Assembly: GCA_027118455.1 (NCBI GenBank)
Contig: JAJAYZ010000015.1
Span: forward strand, 3,596 to 67,595
Length of the DNA: 64,000 bases
Direction: 5' to 3'
Source: Actinomycetes bacterium
GTDB lineage: Bacteria > Actinomycetota > Actinomycetes > JAHEKZ01
Under the pieces are notes generated by a model. That model was not told where the DNA came from. It made no database searches and saw only the letters and a program-made list of their open reading frames with translations. A program made the position numbers and the translations under genes. Positions 40,039 to 47,415 of the stretch are shown here, piece by piece (position 1 is the first letter of the stretch; each line of letters starts with the position of its first letter).

Positions 40039-41541
40039 TCAGGCCGGGCCGATGAGGTCGGCAACGATCGCTGCTGACATCCCCACCAGCGGGAGCCCGC
40101 CGCCAGGATGCGCCGAACCGCCGACCAGGAAGAGCCCAGGAACTGGCGACCGGTTCGCTGCCCTGAGGAAAGCGGCCCTTGCCCCGTTGCTGGACGTGCC
40201 GTAGATCGAGCCCCCAGGGGATCGGGTGGTGCGCTCAAGATCGGCAGGGGTCCTGGTCTCGGCCCAGAGCAGGCGTGGCCGAACGTCGTAGCCGCGAGCG
40301 GCGAGCAGGTCGAGGATGCGCTCGCGGTAGTTGGCCACGAGTTCGGGGTCGCTCCAGTCCACGCCTGCCAGCGGATCGTGCCGCGGCGCATTCACGAGCA
40401 CGAACCACGACTCGTGGTCGTCGTCGGGGCGCATCAGTGAGTCGTCGGGGGCACAGATGTAGATCGTCGGGTCTTCCACCGGACGCGGTGCGCGCCCGAA
40501 GATCGCGGTGAACTCGGCGTCGTAGTCCGCGGTGAAGAGCACGTTGTGGTGCTGCAACCCTGGGGTGCGACCGCGGACGGCCAGCAATATCACGAATCCC
40601 GCGAGCGACGGCGTCGCCTTGCTGAGGCGACGCCGTGGATGTCCGGCGGCCTTGTCGTCGAGCAACTGTCCGTACAGGTGCCGGGCATCTGCATCGGACA
40701 CCACGACATCGGCGTCCAACCGCTCCCCGGACGCCAGCGTTACAGCGCTGACTCGGTTCGCCTCGGTGTGGATGCGTGTGACGTCGGCACCGAAGCGAAA
40801 TGTGATGCCACGATCCAGGCACCGCTGGTGCAATGCATCGGCGAGACGACCGATGCCGCCGCCGATGTGCCAGGCGCCGAAGGTCTGTTCGACGAATGGG
40901 ATGACAGCCAGGGCCGCCGGAGCCTTGCGGGGGTCCGAGCCGGTGTAGGTCGCGTACCGATCGAGAAACGTGACCAGGCGATCGTCATCGAAGTACTGGT
41001 GGGCGAGCCCGCGCAACGTCCGCCACGGTGCGACGGTGCGCAAGTCGGACCACTTGCGTAGATGCGGCAACAGGTCGCGCGGACCTGACAGCGGGGACTC
41101 AAGGAACGGCACGCGCGTCGCTGCCCACAGGTCGGCAGACCGCCTGCTGAACCGCTTCCAGTCGGCTTCGGCGGAACCGCCCAGAGCACTGCCGAGTGCG
41201 GCAGCCACGCGGTTGCTGTTGCTTCCCGGCAGCACCGCGCTGACGCTGTCGGCCCAGCGGTAGCCGAAGGCTGGGTCGAGCCCCCGCAGATCAACGTTGT
41301 CTTCTAGCGAAGCACCCTTGCGGCGTACCGGCGTTTTCAGGAACAGGTCGCGGTAGACAGCGGGAAGTGTGAGCAGTGACGGCCCGGTGTCAAAGGCGAA
41401 TCCGTCGCGTCGGTAGGTCTCGACTTTGCCGCCGGCTCGCTCGGACTGCTCGAGCACCGTGACGCTGTGCCCCTGAGCAGAGAGGCGTGCGGCAGCCGCC
41501 ATCCCGCCCATGCCCGCACCGATCACCACCACCGAAGCCAC
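40039..41541 (-). CDS. Second CrtI-family desaturase (CrtD-like hydroxycarotenoid 3,4-desaturase)
   Basis: GAGMGG, FDTGPSLLTLP, RYATYTGSDP, GSIYGTSSN, HPGGGLP; GTG start 41541. Confidence 0.8.
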   Translation of the reverse strand: MASVVVIGAGMGGMAAAARLSAQGHSVTVLEQSERAGGKVETYRRDGFAFDTGPSLLTLPAVYRDLFLKTPVRRKGASLEDNVDLRGLDPAFGYRWADSVSAVLPGSNSNRVAAALGSALGGSAEADWKRFSRRSADLWAATRVPFLESPLSGPRDLLPHLRKWSDLRTVAPWRTLRGLAHQYFDDDRLVTFLDRYATYTGSDPRKAPAALAVIPFVEQTFGAWHIGGGIGRLADALHQRCLDRGITFRFGADVTRIHTEANRVSAVTLASGERLDADVVVSDADARHLYGQLLDDKAAGHPRRRLSKATPSLAGFVILLAVRGRTPGLQHHNVLFTADYDAEFTAIFGRAPRPVEDPTIYICAPDDSLMRPDDDHESWFVLVNAPRHDPLAGVDWSDPELVANYRERILDLLAARGYDVRPRLLWAETRTPADLERTTRSPGGSIYGTSSNGARAAFLRAANRSPVPGLFLVGGSAHPGGGLPLVGMSAAIVADLIGPA

Positions 41542-41574
41542 GTCGGGAGCGTACGGGTGGCTAGTGTCGGAAGC

Positions 41575-43020
41575 ATGACCAACCCTGACGACCCGCTCGG
41601 TCTGCGCGACGATGCCCCCCTCCTCGACGGCTGGCTCAGCTACCGAGCAAGTGGCCCCGTTCCCTTCGGGACGCCAGGACACAAGCAGCGCCTCGATCTG
41701 GTGGGGCCGGTGGTGCGCGACGACATCCCGCTCTACGGCGGAGTCGACACCATCCGACAGCAGGCCGGTGCCATCGCTGAGGCCGATCGACGCCTCGCCA
41801 GGGCCTGGGGTGCTGATTGGGGGCGGATCTCGGTCGGTGGCTCGACGCACGGCAACCAGACGCTGATGCTTGCGCTCTGTCGTCCCGGTGACACGGTGGT
41901 GGTGACGCGCACGCTGCACCGTTCGCTGCTGCTTGGCATGGTCCTGGCTGGCGTCACACCGGTCTGGGTCCGGCCCGATGTCGACCCGACGACCGGCTTG
42001 CCTACGCACGTTCCAGTGGAACGTGTGCGTGCGGCGCTCGCTGCCCACCCGGAAGCGAAAGCCGTCTTCCTGGTCGAGCCGACTTACGTCGGAACCGTCT
42101 CAGACGTCGCGGCACACGCTGAGGTGGCGCATGCACACGGCATCCCTCTCGTCGTCGACCAAGCTTGGGGCGCGTACTTCGGCTTCCACCCTGACCTGCC
42201 GCGCCATGCGATCCAGGCCGGCGCCGACGCAATGGTCACGAGTGCGCACAAGACGCTGCCGGCCTACACGCAGGCAGCTCTGGTGTTGGCCCGCACGCAG
42301 CGGATCGACCCGCACCGCCTCGACCGGGCGTTCGACGCGACGGCCACCACCAGTCCGTCGGGAACCATCGCAGCGAGTGCTGACGCGGCGCGGGCACTGA
42401 TGGAACGGGACGGGCGGCGCCTGCTCGGACACTTGATCCGCATCGTCGACCACGCCCGCGAGCGGTTCCGAGACGTCCCCGGACTGGTTCTGCTCGACGA
42501 TGTCGTCGACCGGTCGGTGATCCTCGACCGCGTCAAGCTGGCCATCAACGTGTCCGGCACTGGCGCTACCGGGCTGGCGATCGAGGAAGACCTGATTGCG
42601 CTGGGCATGCCCGTCGAGCTCGCCGACCGCGACACCGTGGTGCCGATCATCTCGGTCAACGACGACCAGGGTTCGGTCGACCAGTTCGTCGACTCGGTCA
42701 TTGCGTCGGTCGAGCGGCAGCGGTGCGCGTCGCGTCCTGTGCTGCCGTCGATCGCCTGGACGGTGGAGCCAGATGTCATCCTGTCGCCGCGGGAGGCTTA
42801 CTTCGCCGAGCACGAGACTGTGTCTGCCGATCGGGCGATCGGACAGGTCTCCGCTGAGCTGGTCGCCCCGTACCCGCCAGGGATCCCGGTGCTCGCGCCC
42901 GGGGAGCGCATCACCGCTGCCGCTGTCGGGGGTCTGCGCGATGCCATGGCCGACGGGACGCAGGTGCGCTACGCAGCCGATCCGACCCTGAAGACCTTCC
43001 AGGTCGTCTCCCACACTTAG
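41575..43020 (+). CDS. Orn/Lys/Arg decarboxylase (PLP fold I)
   Basis: FGTPGHK, VDQAWGA, SAHKTLP, TTSPS, PYPPGIP. Confidence 0.88.
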   Translation: MTNPDDPLGLRDDAPLLDGWLSYRASGPVPFGTPGHKQRLDLVGPVVRDDIPLYGGVDTIRQQAGAIAEADRRLARAWGADWGRISVGGSTHGNQTLMLALCRPGDTVVVTRTLHRSLLLGMVLAGVTPVWVRPDVDPTTGLPTHVPVERVRAALAAHPEAKAVFLVEPTYVGTVSDVAAHAEVAHAHGIPLVVDQAWGAYFGFHPDLPRHAIQAGADAMVTSAHKTLPAYTQAALVLARTQRIDPHRLDRAFDATATTSPSGTIAASADAARALMERDGRRLLGHLIRIVDHARERFRDVPGLVLLDDVVDRSVILDRVKLAINVSGTGATGLAIEEDLIALGMPVELADRDTVVPIISVNDDQGSVDQFVDSVIASVERQRCASRPVLPSIAWTVEPDVILSPREAYFAEHETVSADRAIGQVSAELVAPYPPGIPVLAPGERITAAAVGGLRDAMADGTQVRYAADPTLKTFQVVSHT

Positions 43021-43026
43021 AGCACA

Positions 43027-43076
43027 CAACGTGTGAGTGAGCGGCCGCTGTGGCGTCCGCGGGTTCTCACACGTTG
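43027..43076. terminator. Hairpin between convergent genes (terminator or REP-like)
   Basis: caacgtgtgag ... ctcacacgttg 11-bp stem. Confidence 0.5.
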
Positions 43077-43082
43077 CGGGGG

Positions 43083-44201
43083 TTAGGGGAGGGGGCGGGA
43101 CTTCCAGGTGAGTGATCCGCGACGATGCCCCACCCAGGACCGCGCCGTCAGGTAGCCGAACCCGATCACCGATGCCGGGTGCAGCACGGAGTCGGGCCAC
43201 ACCCGACCGTCTACGCGGTGCGCTACCCAAGCGCGCCCGCCGACCGCACCGACGTACCCGATCGCACCGACGCGAGAGCCAAGAAGTGCGGCCACCGGTG
43301 GCACCACGTAGGCCAACGCCATGACGGAGACAAACGCTGTGGCACCCAGGGGAGACCCGGTCGCCGACCACAGCGACTTGCTGTAACCGTCGCGAAGGTC
43401 GCTCCAGTTCTGGTACATCCGGCAGGTCGCAACCTCAGTGCCGTCGGCGAGCGCGCCACGGAGTCCGTTTTGCTTCAGCTGTTGGAAGAGCGCTACGTCG
43501 TCGAGCACCTCATCGCGAATCGCCTCGTGGCCACCTACCGCGTCATAGGCATCGCGCGTGATGGCCAGCAGTTGGCCGTTCGCTGCCACGAGTGAGGGGC
43601 GCGTGCTGCGCTCGGCAAGACCAAGGGGCAAGAGGGTCGCCCAGGACCACTGCAACAGCGGCTGAATGATCCGCTCCGACCACGTGAGTGCGAGCTGACG
43701 GGGGTAAGGGCTCACCGCCTCGACCACGCCCGACTCCAGTAGCGCCACCATCCGACTGACCGCGTCATCGGACAGAGTGACGTCAGCATCGACGAAGACC
43801 AGGACCGAGCCGGACGCCTCGACCGACAGACGATGACATGCCCAGGTCTTGCCGAGCCATCCATTGGGGGGCTCACCGCTACCGACCACCTGACGAATCC
43901 GGTGGTCCACGAGATGGTGCGCGATCACATCCGTGGTGCCGTCGCTCGATCGATCGTCAAGCACCACGATCTCGAGGTCGGGGACGTCGACCTGTGCGCG
44001 CAACGACGTCAGGCAGTGGCCGATGTTGCCGGCCTCATCGCGGGCTGGGACCAAGAGCGATACGCGAGGTGTCCCGGCTCGCGTTCGGCTTGGCAGCACC
44101 CGCAGCTGCCGCAGGTTCCACCAGCTGTGCAGAGCGCCGGCCACCGCTATCGCCGTTCCGGTCGCAACAGCGGACCGGGCGACCCGAGGCCATCGACTCA
44201 T
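43083..44201 (-). CDS. GT2 glycosyltransferase (carotenoid glycosyltransferase, CruC/CrtQ-like)
   Basis: VPARDE, DDRSSDGT, GWLGKTWAC, FVDADV, ANGQ, CRMY; ATGA overlap with cruF. Confidence 0.85.
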   Translation of the reverse strand: MSRWPRVARSAVATGTAIAVAGALHSWWNLRQLRVLPSRTRAGTPRVSLLVPARDEAGNIGHCLTSLRAQVDVPDLEIVVLDDRSSDGTTDVIAHHLVDHRIRQVVGSGEPPNGWLGKTWACHRLSVEASGSVLVFVDADVTLSDDAVSRMVALLESGVVEAVSPYPRQLALTWSERIIQPLLQWSWATLLPLGLAERSTRPSLVAANGQLLAITRDAYDAVGGHEAIRDEVLDDVALFQQLKQNGLRGALADGTEVATCRMYQNWSDLRDGYSKSLWSATGSPLGATAFVSVMALAYVVPPVAALLGSRVGAIGYVGAVGGRAWVAHRVDGRVWPDSVLHPASVIGFGYLTARSWVGHRRGSLTWKSRPLP

Positions 44202-44992
44202 CCGCGGTCGACCCAGAGGCGCCAAGCAAAGGGCAGTGCGACAAGTCCCATAGCGATCCCGCCGACGACTGCCGAGCCTGACCGGTCGAAGAAGACGGCG
44301 CTGGCCAGCACCGATGATGCATAGACCCAGAGGTAGAGCGTGGCTGGCTGTGCGGGAGAGGCTCGCCGTGCCGGTATCGCCAGGAGCACGACCCCGATCA
44401 CCAACCCGACGCCGAACCATCCCGCGAAGTTGGTCATCGGGATGTCGGGGATTCCGGGGAGGTCGGGCGACGTCGTCGTCCATCGCCAGGCACCGAGCTT
44501 GACCATCATCGGGTCGAGGAAGAAGTCCCACGCCATCAGCGACCAGGCCGTCAACACCGGGACCATCCAGCGAGCGCGAGTCACCAGGGTGGATGCAGCG
44601 ACGTAGGCGGGGTAGCCCATCATCGCCCAGGCGAGCGGGACGACGACGGGGACGCCGCCCCAGAGTGGTCCAAGGACATCGGTGTACTCGTACTCGCCGA
44701 ACGGAACCCCCGTGGTCGAACCGATTCGTTCGGCCACCCACCCAATGGCAGGCACCACGAGCGCAACAAGGAAGAAGCCACGCCACCGGTGGTAGGCCGA
44801 TGCGTGGGTGACCGAGGCCAGGAAGAAGACCACCACCGTGAACGCAGCAAGGGTCGCTCGCTGGTCTTTATCGACGAGGGGGAAGACGATCTGGAGCGCG
44901 ATGGTCGCCACAACGAGAAGCCAGCCGACAGCATTCGCAACCGGCGCAGCCGGTGCGGCAGGCGCCGGTCCGGTGTACGTACGAAGGCTCAT
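44198..44992 (-). CDS. cruF: Carotenoid 1',2'-hydratase CruF family
   Basis: E.IG..TGVPFGEYEY, VP..VPLAW, WDFFLDP, NFAGW. Confidence 0.82.
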   Translation of the reverse strand: MSLRTYTGPAPAAPAAPVANAVGWLLVVATIALQIVFPLVDKDQRATLAAFTVVVFFLASVTHASAYHRWRGFFLVALVVPAIGWVAERIGSTTGVPFGEYEYTDVLGPLWGGVPVVVPLAWAMMGYPAYVAASTLVTRARWMVPVLTAWSLMAWDFFLDPMMVKLGAWRWTTTSPDLPGIPDIPMTNFAGWFGVGLVIGVVLLAIPARRASPAQPATLYLWVYASSVLASAVFFDRSGSAVVGGIAMGLVALPFAWRLWVDRG

Positions 44993-44998
44993 GGTTCC

Positions 44999-45577
44999 TT
45001 AAGTTGCCCGGCGTCGTTGTCGGGAGCGGCGGTAGCGGGCGATCGCCTTCCAGAAGAGGACGACCACCACGATACCCAGTGCCAGGAGAACGAAAGCGGT
45101 CGCGGCTGCAAGCCATGGAGCGATAAACGCCAACACGGTGACGACGAAGACAGCAACGTCCTCGAGCAAACTGACAACGACGTTGCTCACCGGCTCTGGC
45201 GACGTGTTGACCGCGATGCGGGTGCCTGCTTTGGTGGCGTGAGAAGCGAGGGCAGTCGTCCCACCCAACGCGGCGAGTGATGCCTGTTGCAGCGTCGTCG
45301 CATCTCCTGAGATCAGCAGGGAAAGAGCCACCCCGGCGACGGGACGAATCGCGGTGTTGACGGCGTCCCACGTGGAGTCGAGGTAGGCGGTCTTGTCGAC
45401 GACGAAGTCGATAGCGGTGAGGACGGCCGCCGCTACCAAGACGTCGGTGCGTATCAGGGCGTCCGGGACGGCGACGTCGGTGAGTCGTCCTGTGAGTCCG
45501 GTGAGCAGCACGACGAGATACGGGTTGATGCCGCTGGCCCAACCCCCGGTGAATACGAGCGGAATGAGCTCGGCCAT
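44999..45577 (-). CDS. DUF4126 family membrane protein
   Basis: GWASGINPY, DKTAYLDSTWD, SPEPVSN..SLLED. Confidence 0.8.
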   Translation of the reverse strand: MAELIPLVFTGGWASGINPYLVVLLTGLTGRLTDVAVPDALIRTDVLVAAAVLTAIDFVVDKTAYLDSTWDAVNTAIRPVAGVALSLLISGDATTLQQASLAALGGTTALASHATKAGTRIAVNTSPEPVSNVVVSLLEDVAVFVVTVLAFIAPWLAAATAFVLLALGIVVVVLFWKAIARYRRSRQRRRAT

Positions 45578-46314
45578 CACGTCACCTGGAGCGGCGCACC
45601 GTCGATGGTTCCATCGATGGCCAAGACGCTGAAGCGAGCGAACAGCTCTTCGGCGAACCACCCGGTTTCGCGGGTGGACGTGATGGCCTGTTGGTGGCAT
45701 GGGCTCTCGTAGGCAAACCGCCGAAGCGCGTCGGCATCGCGCCAGACGCTGAAGGTTCCCTGGAGCCCGATCGGGGCCTCGCCGATCCCTTTGGACCAGA
45801 TCAGTCCATCGGCAGCGGACAGCTCTGCTGCGACGCCAGGTACCGAGCGCCAGAAGGAGCGCAGCTGGCTGGGTTGGATCCGAGCTCGGGTGATCGAGGC
45901 GATCGGCCCGGCGGCGGCTGGGGCTGATGCCGGGGGAGCCGTGGGTCCGAACGGCTGCCGCTTCGACCAGTGGCCCATGCTCGAGAGGGGTCGCATGGTG
46001 ATGCGGAGACGCTCGGTGGCAGCGGCGTCCCATCGTTGGACGACGCTGGAGCGTTCGAAGGTGGTGGCTGCGTGGGGGGTGTCCCAGCAGGTGAGCAGGG
46101 CCCAGTGGTGCGGGTCGGCGTCCTGAGGGGCGAAGGTCTGCCCGCTGCCTGAGCCCAGGAGCTTGGCGAAGGTGAGCCCGGGGTACCCGCGTAGTCGGAA
46201 GCGGTCGACGGCCAGCCGCCCCACGGCCGAGGCGATGCCGGCCCTGGGGATGGTCCACACGTGCAGGCCGACCACTGCAGGGGTCGGCTCGGCTGCGGTG
46301 TGGGGTGTGGACAT
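45577..46314 (-). CDS. crtA: CrtA-like (spheroidene monooxygenase family) protein
   Basis: FAKLLGSGSG, GHWS, SITRARI, GIGEAP..QGTFSVW, WFAEELFARF. Confidence 0.8.
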   Translation of the reverse strand: MSTPHTAAEPTPAVVGLHVWTIPRAGIASAVGRLAVDRFRLRGYPGLTFAKLLGSGSGQTFAPQDADPHHWALLTCWDTPHAATTFERSSVVQRWDAAATERLRITMRPLSSMGHWSKRQPFGPTAPPASAPAAAGPIASITRARIQPSQLRSFWRSVPGVAAELSAADGLIWSKGIGEAPIGLQGTFSVWRDADALRRFAYESPCHQQAITSTRETGWFAEELFARFSVLAIDGTIDGAPLQVT

Positions 46315-46345
46315 GGGTTGACCTTAGAGCGCCGAAACGAGGGGG

Positions 46346-46374
46346 TTGACCTCGGACGTGGGGAGGGGTTTACT
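46346..46374 (+). promoter_or_regulatory. Putative housekeeping-sigma promoter of the SOS cassette
   Basis: TTGACC-17 nt-TTTACT. Confidence 0.5.
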
Positions 46375-46383
46375 AGAGCGTAT

Positions 46384-46399
46384 TCGAACACATGTTCGA
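46384..46399. promoter_or_regulatory. LexA (SOS) box
   Basis: TCGAAC-ACAT-GTTCGA, exact match to the actinobacterial consensus TCGAAC-N4-GTTCGA, upstream of dnaE2/dinB. Confidence 0.92.
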
Positions 46400-46506
46400 A
46401 CCCCAGCCGGTCGGGTGAGGCGCTGACCTCGACCCTCACCGCCTCACCCGACCGGTAGCCCCAACGGTTCCTCGCTGGGGCTACTCGACCCGCAGGAGGC
46501 AGCACT

Positions 46507-46842
46507 ATGCGCCGGATCGACGAGTCCATTGAGTCGTTGACCCCCGTTGCGAGCGGTGGGACGGCACCGCTGGCCTTCCGGTGGCGTGGCCGACGCTATG
46601 TCGTCGGAGCGGTGTTGGCGCACTGGGTCGAGACGGGTGCGTGGTGGCGCCGCACAGCGCCGCGCCCCACCTCCGGCTCCGGTGAGCTGCCCGACCCCGA
46701 GCGGTGGCTCTGGCGGGTCGAGGCATGCCGCGGGGCACAGACCGGAGTCTTCGACCTTTGCCTCGAGGTTGACGACAGCTCCGACGACAACCCCCGAGAT
46801 CGAGGCCTAGCGCGCTGGTCCTTGCACGCGATCTACGACTGA
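46507..46842 (+). CDS. DUF6504 family protein (ImuB C-terminal-like domain)
   Basis: PLAFRWRGRRY.V..V..HW....WW, WRVEA, GVFDL, WSLHAIYD; AGGAGG RBS. Confidence 0.8.
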   Translation: MRRIDESIESLTPVASGGTAPLAFRWRGRRYVVGAVLAHWVETGAWWRRTAPRPTSGSGELPDPERWLWRVEACRGAQTGVFDLCLEVDDSSDDNPRDRGLARWSLHAIYD

Positions 46843-46889
46843 CCTGCCCGACTGACCGGCCCGACCGACTGCACGAAGGGATGCCCCCT

Positions 46890-47366
46890 ATGTCCACCGA
46901 CATGTCCATCGACCACGCCCTGGCCCCAGCCCCCGCGCGCACCACCAGCTCGCGCGTCACCAGATCACCCCGTGGCTCGTCGGCCGGAGTCCTCGACCTG
47001 CTTGCTGCCGCGCACCGAGGTCTCACCGCGGCGGTGCTCGAGCCGCGGGCCGGCCGCCGCTACGCCGTCGCCCACTTGGCGGCGCTGCGGGCTGCCGCTG
47101 CCGTGCTGGCCACCCGTGCTCGTCCGACCGGACGCCGTGGCCCGCGCAGCGCCTGGGACCTACTCGGCCAGGCGGCCCCCGAGCTCGCCGAGTGGGCTGC
47201 CTTCTTCGCCGCCGGTGCCGGCAAGCGGGCGGCGGCCGAAGCTGGCCTGGATGCGGTCACGCCTCGGGAGGCCGACGACCTGCTCCGTGACGTTGAGACG
47301 TTCCTCGCGCTGGCCGAGACCACCATCGGTGTTCCGCACCAGACCTCGCTGCCCCGTGTCAGCTGA
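46890..47366 (+). CDS. SAV_6107 family HEPN-domain protein
   Basis: RYAVAHLAALRAAAAVLA, SAWDLL..APELAEWAAFFAAGAGKRAAAEAG, READDLLRD. Confidence 0.8.
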   Translation: MSTDMSIDHALAPAPARTTSSRVTRSPRGSSAGVLDLLAAAHRGLTAAVLEPRAGRRYAVAHLAALRAAAAVLATRARPTGRRGPRSAWDLLGQAAPELAEWAAFFAAGAGKRAAAEAGLDAVTPREADDLLRDVETFLALAETTIGVPHQTSLPRVS

Positions 47367-47415
47367 GGACTTCAGTGTCAGCTGATCGCCCGCGTCCTGT
47401 TCGGGTCTGCTCTCG

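Noticed and set aside
40039-42048. 669-aa extended desaturase ORF
   Set aside because: The extension is the antisense shadow of the decarboxylase; the FAD motif begins at 41541
43083-46258. Extended ORFs 43083..44786 and 44999..46258
   Set aside because: Extensions overlap cruF and crtA in other frames; coupled internal ATG starts exist
46836-46874. Short 13-bp tandem (cgactgacctgcc cgactgaccggcc cgaccgactgcac)
   Set aside because: Only two good units; not a CRISPR array and no evident function
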